Below, in pieces: positions 15,287 to 23,062 of a DNA stretch of 30,644 bases. The notes under the pieces were generated by a model. It was given only the letters and a program-made list of their open reading frames with translations. It had not been told where the DNA came from and searched no databases. Position numbers and translations under genes: made by a program. Numbering within the stretch: position 1 is the first letter of the stretch; every line of letters starts with the position of its first letter. This DNA is from Lapillicoccus sp. (GTDB lineage Bacteria > Actinomycetota > Actinomycetes > Actinomycetales > Dermatophilaceae), in NCBI GenBank assembly GCA_051000455.1, contig JBPCOG010000254.1:1-30644 (forward strand). The letters are read 5' to 3'.

Positions 15287-17088
15287 CCTTCACCACCCGG
15301 CCCACGCTGCAGGGCACCTTCGGCATGGTGTCCTCGACCCACTGGATCGCCTCGCAGTCGGCGATGGCCGTCCTCGAGCACGGCGGGAACGCCTTCGACG
15401 CCGCCGCGTCGGCGGGGTTCGTGCTCCACGTCGTCGAGCCGCACCTCAACGGGGCCGGCGGCGACATGACCGTCCTCGTCGCGACGAGCGAGGACCCGAC
15501 GCCCACGGTGCTCTGCGGCCAGGGACCCGCTCCGGCTGCCGCGACGGTCGAGCACTTCACCTCCCTCGGCATGGACCTCGTCCCCGGGTCCGGGCTGCTC
15601 GCGGCTGCCGTGCCCGGAGCCGTCGACGCGTGGCTGCTCCTGCTCCGCGACCACGGCACCCTGCCCCTCGGTGACGTCCTGAGCCCGGCGATCGGCTACG
15701 CCCGGCACGGACACCCGGTCCTCGAACGCGTCTGCGCGACGATCGCCGGGGTCCAGGAGCTCTTCGAGCGCGAGTGGACGACCTCCGCGCAGATCTGGCT
15801 GAACGGCGGCGGGCCGCCCGTGCCGGGCACGCTGGTCCGCAACGACCGGTACGCCGACACCCTCGAGCGCCTGGTCCGCGAGGGTGAGGCGGCCGGCCCC
15901 GACCGGGTCGCCCAGCTGGAGGCGGCCCGCCGGGCGTGGCGGGAGGGGTTCGTCGCGCAGGCGGTGGACGACTTTGTCGGCACGGCCTTCCGCGACTCGG
16001 GTGGGGACTCGCACCCCGGGGCGATCACCGGCCAGGACCTCGCCGACTTCAGCGCCACCTGGGAGCCGGCGACCACCCTCGACTGGCACGGCCACACCAT
16101 CGCCAAGACCGCGGCGTGGGGGCAGGGACCGGCGATGCTGCAGTCGCTCGGTGTCCTCGACGCGCTCGGGGACGCGGCGTCGCTGGACCCCGCGACCGTC
16201 GACGGCGTCCACGCCGTCGCCGAGGTCACGAAGCTCTCCTACGCCGACCGGGAGGCGTGGTACGGGGACGCCCCCGACGTCCCGATCGGCTCCCTGCTCT
16301 CCCCCGGGTATGCCGCCGAGCGCGCCGCTCTCGTCGGGGACACCGCCTCGCTGGCACTGCGCCCCGGACAGCCCGGTGGCCGGCAGCCCAGGCTGGCGAG
16401 GTACCTCCGTGGCCGGCCGGAATCCGGGAGGCGGGCCGGGGGACCCGTCCCGGTCGACGCGACGACGGGGGAGCCGACCGTCGACGCGAAGGGCGTGACC
16501 CGCGGCGACACGTGCCATGTCGACGTCGTCGACGGCTGGGGGAACATGGTCTCCGCGACCCCGAGCGGCGGGTGGCTTCAGAGCTCCCCCGCCATCCCGG
16601 AGCTGGGGTTCTGTCTCGGCAGCCGCATGCAGATGTTCTGGCTCGAGGAGGGGCTGCCGGCCTCGCTCGCCCCGGGGCGGCGCCCCCGCACCACCCTGAC
16701 GCCCACGCTCGTCCTGCGCGACGGCATACCGGTCCTCGCGTGCGGGTCCCCCGGCGGGGACCAGCAGGACCAATGGCAGCTGCTCTTCCTGCTCCGCCAC
16801 CTCGCGCAGGGCCAGTCGCTGCAGGAGGCGATCGATGCCCCGATGTGGCACAGCACCCACTTCCCGAGCTCCTTCTGGCCGCGGCTCGAGGAGCCGGGCG
16901 TGCTCGTCGTGGAGGACCGGCTCGGTGACGACGTGATCGCCGGGCTCGAGGCGCGCGGGCACGAGGTGCGCCGTTCCGGTCCCTGGAGCCTGGGCCGGAT
17001 GTGCGCGGTCACCCGGGACCCGCACTCCGGGGTCCTCGCCGCGGGCGCGAACCCCCGGGGGATGCAGGGCTACGCCGTGGGCCGCTGA
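15283..17088 (+). CDS. ggt: Gamma-glutamyltransferase-family Ntn hydrolase, no signal peptide
   Basis: ATG 15283 forms an ATGA overlap with dppF. GGNAFDAA, VEPHLNG.GGD, nucleophile motif GDTCHVDVVD..GN.VS.T.S (Thr at 16510-16512), PG.RPRTTLTP, GSPGGD.Q.Q, DP.SG...G..PR (601 aa). Confidence 0.9.
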   Translation: MTFTTRPTLQGTFGMVSSTHWIASQSAMAVLEHGGNAFDAAASAGFVLHVVEPHLNGAGGDMTVLVATSEDPTPTVLCGQGPAPAAATVEHFTSLGMDLVPGSGLLAAAVPGAVDAWLLLLRDHGTLPLGDVLSPAIGYARHGHPVLERVCATIAGVQELFEREWTTSAQIWLNGGGPPVPGTLVRNDRYADTLERLVREGEAAGPDRVAQLEAARRAWREGFVAQAVDDFVGTAFRDSGGDSHPGAITGQDLADFSATWEPATTLDWHGHTIAKTAAWGQGPAMLQSLGVLDALGDAASLDPATVDGVHAVAEVTKLSYADREAWYGDAPDVPIGSLLSPGYAAERAALVGDTASLALRPGQPGGRQPRLARYLRGRPESGRRAGGPVPVDATTGEPTVDAKGVTRGDTCHVDVVDGWGNMVSATPSGGWLQSSPAIPELGFCLGSRMQMFWLEEGLPASLAPGRRPRTTLTPTLVLRDGIPVLACGSPGGDQQDQWQLLFLLRHLAQGQSLQEAIDAPMWHSTHFPSSFWPRLEEPGVLVVEDRLGDDVIAGLEARGHEVRRSGPWSLGRMCAVTRDPHSGVLAAGANPRGMQGYAVGR

Positions 17089-17119
17089 CCGCGCGGAGCG
17101 GCGCGCGGAGACCGCGGTG

Positions 17120-18373
17120 TCAGGCGACCCGGTCCATCCTGCGCAGCACCGAGACCAGCCCGGCCATCGCCAGGGCGTTCGCACCGACGATGAGCCAGAC
17201 GACAGCCGTCACGCCCCGGTCGTAGGCCACGCCGAGGACGGCACCGGCCACGAGCAGGCCGATCCCCCGGACGAACGCGAGCCACCCGAAGGCGACCGCC
17301 CTCGAGTCGCGGCCCACCAGCTCGGTGACCACCGCCTTGACGGTCGAGTCGAGCACCCCGTTGACCACGCCCCAGACGGCGACGCCGACCCAGACCAGGA
17401 CCGCGCGGTCGGTGAAGGCCACGGCGGCGGCGCACGCGGCGACCGGCACGACGAGGAGCACGCCCGGTCCCCGGCGGTCGTAGACCCGGCCCATCACCAG
17501 GCCACTGAGGCCGTCCACGCCCATGGCGAGGGCGAAGAGGACGGGCACCTGGGCGTCGGTCAGCAGGCCACGCGTCTGGGCGTGGAAGGCCAGCAGCGGG
17601 AAGGAGGCGATGCCGCAGGAGAGCACCGCGACCGCGGCCACGTACTGCCAGAACTGGGCAGGCAGGACCGGGCCACCGCTGGCGCCGGGGCGGGCTCGAC
17701 GCGTCTCCGCCTCGGCATTGACCTCCGCGTCGCCGGCCTCCGCAGGGCCCGCGTCAGTCTCGTCCACCTCGTATGCCGCGGGGTCGGGCACCCGGGCGCG
17801 CAGCCAGAGCAGCAGCCCGACGACGAGGACGCCCGGCACGGCGAGCACGCCGAAGGCGAGCCGGTAGTCGCCGGAGTGCACGGAGAGGATCCCGGCGAGC
17901 AGGAGCGGACCGAGCATCGCCCCGAGCTGGTCCATGGCCTGGTGCACACCGAAGGCACTCCCGCGCCCGGTCCTCGTCGAGGCGTGCGAGAGCAGGGTGT
18001 CCTTCGCCGGCGAGCGCACCGCCTTGCCGAGACGCTCGGTGCCGTAGAGCAGCAGGGCGGGCGCGAGCACGTTCGTCGCCCCGATCAGCGGCACGCTGAC
18101 GACGGTGAGGGCGTAGCCGAGGATGGTCCAGGTCCAGTAGTGCCTGCTGCGCCGCACGAGGTAGCCGGAGACGACGCGCAGTCCGTACCCGATGAACTCC
18201 CCTGCCCCGGCGGCGATCCCGACGACGGTCGCCGTGGCGCCCAGGGTGGCCAGGTAGGGGCCGATGATGCTGCGGGCACCCTCGTAGACCATGTCCGCGA
18301 ACAGGCTGACCAGCCCGAAGGTGAGCACGAAGTGCCATGGCCGCAGCGGCACCCGGGTCGTGGTCGCGCTCAC
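17120..18373 (-). CDS. Major facilitator superfamily transporter
   Basis: GTG 18373 forms a GTGA overlap with the selD stop. About 12 hydrophobic helices; LVSLFADMVYEG.RS, ERLGKAVRSPAKDTLLS, G..FG.HQAMDQ.GA..GP, G..YDRRG (417 aa). Confidence 0.88.
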   Translation of the reverse strand: MSATTTRVPLRPWHFVLTFGLVSLFADMVYEGARSIIGPYLATLGATATVVGIAAGAGEFIGYGLRVVSGYLVRRSRHYWTWTILGYALTVVSVPLIGATNVLAPALLLYGTERLGKAVRSPAKDTLLSHASTRTGRGSAFGVHQAMDQLGAMLGPLLLAGILSVHSGDYRLAFGVLAVPGVLVVGLLLWLRARVPDPAAYEVDETDAGPAEAGDAEVNAEAETRRARPGASGGPVLPAQFWQYVAAVAVLSCGIASFPLLAFHAQTRGLLTDAQVPVLFALAMGVDGLSGLVMGRVYDRRGPGVLLVVPVAACAAAVAFTDRAVLVWVGVAVWGVVNGVLDSTVKAVVTELVGRDSRAVAFGWLAFVRGIGLLVAGAVLGVAYDRGVTAVVWLIVGANALAMAGLVSVLRRMDRVA

Positions 18374-19359
18374 CGAACCGTGATGAGCGCGTCGCGGCGC
18401 GGGACGAGCTCGCCGACCACCGGGTGCCCTGGCAGCTCCCCGGCGACGAGCAGGCCCCCGGAGGTCTGCGCGTCGGCGAGGAGCACCAGCTCGTCCTCCG
18501 AGAGGCACGAGTCCACATGCGGGCGGACCCAGTCGAGGTTGCGAAGGCTGCCGCCGGGCAGGTAGCCCGCTGCAATCGACCCGCGGGCGCCCGCGAGGTA
18601 GGGGACCGCGGCGGCGTCGACGACGGCGGAGACCCCGCTGGCACGGACGAGCTTGAGCAGGTGCCCGAGCAGCCCGAAGCCGGTCACGTCGGTCGCGCAG
18701 CGGACGCCGGCCGCCAGGGCGGCCCGACAGGCGTCGCGGTTGAGGGTGGTCATCACCTCCACCGCCTCGGGGAACACCTCCCCGGTCGCCTTGTGCCGTT
18801 TGTTGAGCACGCCCAGTCCCAGCGGCTTGGTCAGGGTCAGCGGTATGCCCGGTGCTCCAGCGTCGTTGCGCAGCAGCCGGTCCGGGTCGGCGAGACCGGT
18901 CACGGCCAAGCCGTACTTCGGCTCCGGGTCGTCGATGCTGTGGCCACCGGCGAGGTAGGCCCCCGCCGCGGCGCAGACGTCCGCGCCCCCGCGGAGGACG
19001 TCTGCGGCGAGCTCGAAGGGGATCCGGTCCCGTGGCCACGCGAGGAGGTTGACGGCGACGATCGGGTTGCCCCCCATCGCATAGACGTCCGACAGCGCGT
19101 TCGCGGCCGCGATCCGGCCCCAGTCGTAGGCGTCGTCGACGACCGGGGTGAAGAAGTCGGCTGTCGCGATGATGGCGCGGTCCGCGTCAATTCGCACAGC
19201 GGCCGCGTCGTCGCCGTTGTCGAGGCCGACGAGCAGGTCCCCCCCCTCGCGCGAGGCGGGGAGGCCGGCGAGGATCTTCTCGAGCTCGCCGGGCGGGACC
19301 TTGCAGGCGCACCCGCCCCCGGCGGCGTACTGCGTCAGCCGGAGGGGAGCGCTCGTCAC
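18370..19359 (-). CDS. selD: Selenide, water dikinase (selenophosphate synthetase), Cys-type
   Basis: LTQYAAGGGCACK (TGC codons), GLDNGDDAA, TADFFTPVVDD...GRIAAANALSDVYAMGG, GGHSI, TDVTGFGLLGH, DAQTSGGLL. GTG 19359 lies 6 nt downstream of TACCGT. Confidence 0.96.
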   Translation of the reverse strand: MTSAPLRLTQYAAGGGCACKVPPGELEKILAGLPASREGGDLLVGLDNGDDAAAVRIDADRAIIATADFFTPVVDDAYDWGRIAAANALSDVYAMGGNPIVAVNLLAWPRDRIPFELAADVLRGGADVCAAAGAYLAGGHSIDDPEPKYGLAVTGLADPDRLLRNDAGAPGIPLTLTKPLGLGVLNKRHKATGEVFPEAVEVMTTLNRDACRAALAAGVRCATDVTGFGLLGHLLKLVRASGVSAVVDAAAVPYLAGARGSIAAGYLPGGSLRNLDWVRPHVDSCLSEDELVLLADAQTSGGLLVAGELPGHPVVGELVPRRDALITVR

Positions 19360-19365
19360 GGCCCC

Positions 19366-19441
19366 ACGGTAGCGCCACCCGTGGCCTCCCGGAGCCCGGG
19401 CCCCTCCTGGGGACGGTGCCGGACGCGGGCCCATCTACAGT
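19366..19441. promoter_or_regulatory. Back-to-back TANNNT -10 boxes: TACCGT (19366-19371, minus, selD leaderless) and TACAGT (19436-19441, plus, selC)
   Basis: Each hexamer is 6-7 nt upstream of the first nucleotide of its gene, the typical housekeeping-sigma geometry in actinobacteria. Confidence 0.6.
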
Positions 19442-19448
19442 GTCCGAC

Positions 19449-19543
19449 GGAGGCGTTTCCCGTCTGGTGACGGGCGCGGTCCTCAAAACCGTAGTGGCCG
19501 GGCATCTCGGCCAGGCGGGTTCGATTCCCGTCCGCCTCCGCCA
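19449..19543 (+). tRNA. selC: tRNA-Sec (anticodon UCA), 95 nt, CCA encoded
   Basis: GGAGGCG/CGCCTCC acceptor stem with discriminator G; 6-bp D stem CCCGTC-TGGT-GACGGG; anticodon arm GCGGT-CCTCAAA-ACCGT; long variable arm TGGCCGG..TCGGCCA; T arm GCGGG-TTCGATT-CCCGT. Lies between selD and selA. Confidence 0.96.
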
Positions 19544-19572
19544 CGTCTCGCCTGCCGTCAGGAGGACAGCGA

Positions 19573-20874
19573 GTGCCGGACCAGCGCAGGTCCACCCCCC
19601 GCACCGACACCGTGCTCGCCGACCCCAGGCTGCGGGAGGCGTCCGGCCGGCTCGGACCGGCGCGGGTCAAGGATGCGGTCGCCGCTGCCCTCGAGCGGTG
19701 CCGGACCGGTGAGATCGAGCCGTCGGCCGTGGTCGACGTGGCGGCCGGGGCGCTGCCGGAGACCGCCACCTCGATGCGACGGGTCGTCAACGCAACCGGC
19801 GTGCTCGTCCACACGAACCTCGGCCGCGCGCCCCTCTCGGCTGCCGCGGTCGCCGCGATGTCCGTCGCCGCCGGTGCCACCGACGTCGAGCTCGACCTCG
19901 GCACCGGGCGACGCGGCCGGCGCGGACGTGGCGCGCTCGCCGCGCTCGCCGCGGCGGTGCCGGACGCGGAGGCCGTGCACGTCGTCAACAACGGTGCGGC
20001 AGCCCTCGCGCTCGTCGCCTCCGGCCTGGCGCGGGGCCGCAGCGTCGTCATCGCCCGCGGCGAGATGGTCGAGATCGGGGACGGCTTCCGGATCCCCGAG
20101 CTGCTCGAGTCGGTCGGAGTGCGGCTGCGAGAGGTCGGGACGACGAACCGGGTGCGCCTGACCGACTACGAGGACGCCGTCGACGCGGACACCGCCTTCG
20201 TGCTCAAGGTGCACCCGTCGAACTTCCTCGTCTCGGGGTTCACCTCCGCCGTGCCGGTGGCTGACCTGGCCCGGCTGCCCGTGCCCCTGGTCGTCGACAT
20301 CGGCTCCGGCCTGCTGGCTCCGCATCCCCGGCTGCCGGACGAGCCCAGCGCCTCCGCCGCGCTGCGGGCAGGGGCCTGGCTCGTCACCGCGTCGGGTGAC
20401 AAGCTGCTCGGCGGCCCGCAGTGCGGGCTCCTGCTCGGCCGCGCGGCTCTCGTGGACGCCCTGCGGCGCAACCCCTTCGCCCGTGCGCTGCGGGTCGACA
20501 AGCTGACGCTGGCGGCCCTGGAGGCGACCCTCACCGGGCCGGTGCCTCCCGTGGTGGCCTCGCTGGCCGCCCCCGTCGCCGGGCTGCTGGCCCGGGCCGA
20601 GCGGATGAGCAGCCACCTGGCCGGGGTCACGGCCGCCTCAGCCGTCCGCTCGACCGCGGCCGTCGGGGGCGGCGGCGCCCCCGGCGTGACGCTGCCCAGT
20701 GCAGCGCTCTCGCTCCCCGCGGGGCTCGCCGCGGCGCTGCGCACGGGTGAGGCGGCCGTCGTGGGACACGTCGAGCAGGGCCGGCTGCTGCTCGACCTCA
20801 TCGCCGTGGACCCGGCGGAGGACGCGCTGGTCGTGGACGCGGTCCGCCGCGCCGTGAAGGCCCGGCAGGACTGA
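19573..20874 (+). CDS. selA: L-seryl-tRNA(Sec) selenium transferase
   Basis: AGGAGG RBS; V.NATGV.VHTNLGRAPL, VVNN.AAA, RGEMVEIG.GFRIP, EVGTTNR, LKVHPSNF, D.GSG, PLP-Lys motif SGDKLLGGPQ.G, ALRVDK. Confidence 0.96.
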   Translation: MPDQRRSTPRTDTVLADPRLREASGRLGPARVKDAVAAALERCRTGEIEPSAVVDVAAGALPETATSMRRVVNATGVLVHTNLGRAPLSAAAVAAMSVAAGATDVELDLGTGRRGRRGRGALAALAAAVPDAEAVHVVNNGAAALALVASGLARGRSVVIARGEMVEIGDGFRIPELLESVGVRLREVGTTNRVRLTDYEDAVDADTAFVLKVHPSNFLVSGFTSAVPVADLARLPVPLVVDIGSGLLAPHPRLPDEPSASAALRAGAWLVTASGDKLLGGPQCGLLLGRAALVDALRRNPFARALRVDKLTLAALEATLTGPVPPVVASLAAPVAGLLARAERMSSHLAGVTAASAVRSTAAVGGGGAPGVTLPSAALSLPAGLAAALRTGEAAVVGHVEQGRLLLDLIAVDPAEDALVVDAVRRAVKARQD

Positions 20875-20877
20875 CCC

Positions 20878-22635
20878 GTGCACGTCGTCGCCACTGCCGG
20901 TCACGTCGACCACGGCAAGTCCACCCTGGTCCGGGCCCTGACCGGTTCCGACCCGGACCGGCTCGAGGAGGAGCACCGGCGCGGCCTGACGATCGAGCTC
21001 GGCTACTGCTGGACCACCCTTCCCGAGGTGGGCGACGTGGCCTTCGTCGACGTGCCGGGACACGAGCGCTTCATCCCCACGATGCTGTCCGGGATCGGGC
21101 CGGTGCCTGCGGTGCTGTTCGTTGTCGCGGCGGACGACCCGTGGATGCCGCAGGCCGCCGAGCACCTCGCCGCGCTCGATGCCCTCGGCGTCTCGCGCGG
21201 AGCGCTGGCGGTGACCCGGTCCGACCTCGCCGACCCCGCGGCCGCCCTCGCGCGGGCCCGTGCCGAGCTCGACCGCACGTCCCTCCGGGGGGCACCGACC
21301 GTCGCCGTCAGCGCCCGGACCGGCAACGGCCTGGACCAACTGCGGGGTCTGCTCGCCGGGATGGTGGCCCGGCTCCCCCAGCCCTCCCCCAGCGCGGACG
21401 TACGGCTGTGGCTGGACCGGTGCTTCCACGTCCGGGGCGCCGGGACCGTGGTGACCGGGACGCTGCCGGAGGGCACGGTGTCCGTCGGTGACCCACTCGT
21501 CGCCGGTGCCGGTGCGCGCCTGCGGGTGCGGGGGGTGCAGACCCTCGGCCGCTCGGTGCAGACGGCCAGCGGGGTGTCCCGGGTGGCGCTGAACATCAGT
21601 GGTGGCGACGTCGTCGAGGTCGGCCGCGGAGGCGTGCTCGTGTCCCCGGGCCGTTGGCTCTTCACCAGCGTGGTGGACGTGCAACTGGGCGCTGACGCGC
21701 CGGACCGGCTGCCCGGGCACCCGGTGCTGCACGTCGGTGCCACCCACTGCGGGACCCGCTCCCGGCCGCTGGGGCGAGGACTGGCACGGCTCACGCTGGA
21801 CGAACCGCTGCCGCTGCGCATCGGCGACCGGGCGCTCTTGCGCGACCCCGGGAGCCGGCTGCTGTGGGGCGTGGTCGTCCTGGATCCGGCTCCGCCGCCG
21901 CTGCGTCGACGCGGTGCCGCCAGGGCTCGAGCCGACCAGCTCGGCGAGCTCGACCCCGCAGCCCCGCAGCTCGCGCGCGAGCTCGCGGTCCGCCGGGTCG
22001 TCAGGCGGTCCGTGCTCCAACGCATCGGCGTGGACACCTCCGCCCCCGGTGACGCGATCGCCGAGGGCGACTGGCTGATCTGTCCCCGCTACGCCGAGCA
22101 GCTGCGTGAGAAGCTGGCGCACCTCGTTGCCGAGCGGGCCCGGCATACCCCGCTCGACCCCGGCCTGCCGGTCGGGGCGCTCGCCGGCGCGCTGGACCTG
22201 CCGGAACCCGCCCTGGTGGCGGCGCTCGTGCGCGAGCCGCTCCTGCTCGCGGGCGGGCGGGTCACGACGGCTGGTGCCGCGTTGCCGGACCGGCTCGAGC
22301 GTGCGCTCGCCGTCCTCGAGCAGGACCTGAGCGCCGAGCCGTTCGGCGCGCCGACCGCGGACCGGCTGCGCGAGCTCGGGCTGGACACGAGCTCCGTGGC
22401 GGCGGCCGTTAGAGCAGGGCGGTTGCTGCGTCTGGCGGAGGGCGTCGTCCTGCGACCGGGCGCGGACCTGCTGGCCGTGGCGAGGCTGGCCGGGCTGAGG
22501 CAGCCGTTCACGACCAGTGAGGCACGCCAGCTGCTCGGGACCACCCGCCGGGTCGCCCTCCCGCTGCTCGACCACCTGGACCGGCAGGGCCACACCCGGC
22601 GGTTCGCGGACGACCGCCGCAGCGTCCGGGGCTGA
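20878..22635 (+). CDS. selB: Selenocysteine-specific translation elongation factor
   Basis: ATAGHVDHGKSTL, EE..RGLTIELG, FVDVPGHERF..TM..G, DR.F.V.G.GTVVTGT, C-terminal winged helix FTTSEARQLLGTTRRVALPLLDHLD..G.TRR. Confidence 0.95.
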   Translation: MHVVATAGHVDHGKSTLVRALTGSDPDRLEEEHRRGLTIELGYCWTTLPEVGDVAFVDVPGHERFIPTMLSGIGPVPAVLFVVAADDPWMPQAAEHLAALDALGVSRGALAVTRSDLADPAAALARARAELDRTSLRGAPTVAVSARTGNGLDQLRGLLAGMVARLPQPSPSADVRLWLDRCFHVRGAGTVVTGTLPEGTVSVGDPLVAGAGARLRVRGVQTLGRSVQTASGVSRVALNISGGDVVEVGRGGVLVSPGRWLFTSVVDVQLGADAPDRLPGHPVLHVGATHCGTRSRPLGRGLARLTLDEPLPLRIGDRALLRDPGSRLLWGVVVLDPAPPPLRRRGAARARADQLGELDPAAPQLARELAVRRVVRRSVLQRIGVDTSAPGDAIAEGDWLICPRYAEQLREKLAHLVAERARHTPLDPGLPVGALAGALDLPEPALVAALVREPLLLAGGRVTTAGAALPDRLERALAVLEQDLSAEPFGAPTADRLRELGLDTSSVAAAVRAGRLLRLAEGVVLRPGADLLAVARLAGLRQPFTTSEARQLLGTTRRVALPLLDHLDRQGHTRRFADDRRSVRG

Positions 22636-22643
22636 GGCTCAGC

Positions 22644-22925
22644 TCACGGCTCGACCGTGACGCCCTTCCAGAAGGCCACGTGGTCGCGGATCTGCTCGGC
22701 GGCAGCCTTCGGCTCGGGGTAGAACCACGCGCTGTCGGCGTTGCTCTCGCCCTTCACGTCAAGGGTGTAGTACGACGCCTCGCCCTTCCACGGGCACGTG
22801 GTGTGCTTCGCGCTGGGGCGCAGCAGGTCCGGGTTGACCGAGGCCAACGGGAAGTAGTGGTTGCCCTCGACGACCACCGTCTCATCACTGTCGGCGATGA
22901 CTTCGCCGTTCCATACTGCACGCAT
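22644..22925 (-). CDS. DUF427 domain protein
   Basis: ATG 22925 after GGAGG. MRAVWNG.VIA.SD.TVVVEGNHYFP, T.CPWKG.ASYY, AWFYPEP, HVAFW.GV (93 aa). Confidence 0.9.
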   Translation of the reverse strand: MRAVWNGEVIADSDETVVVEGNHYFPLASVNPDLLRPSAKHTTCPWKGEASYYTLDVKGESNADSAWFYPEPKAAAEQIRDHVAFWKGVTVEP

Positions 22926-23062
22926 GTCGACCTCCACTGACGTTGATGTCCTGGCCCGCTCGGGCGGCGGCGGGCTGGACGTGGGAACCTCGGCGGTGGA
23001 CCCCTTTATTCCGGGCACGGGCACGGACCCCGGGCGCCACCACCCGAGCGGAGGACACGCGC

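Noticed and set aside
17089-17119. Short GC-rich inverted repeat between the convergent ggt and MFS genes
   Set aside because: Only about 6 bp of complementarity in very high-GC DNA; too weak to call a terminator.
19481-19488. Reading the tRNA anticodon as CAA (recoding of UUG)
   Set aside because: That register leaves a C-C mismatch closing the loop and disrupts the stem; the UCA register gives the proper 5-bp stem and 7-nt loop.
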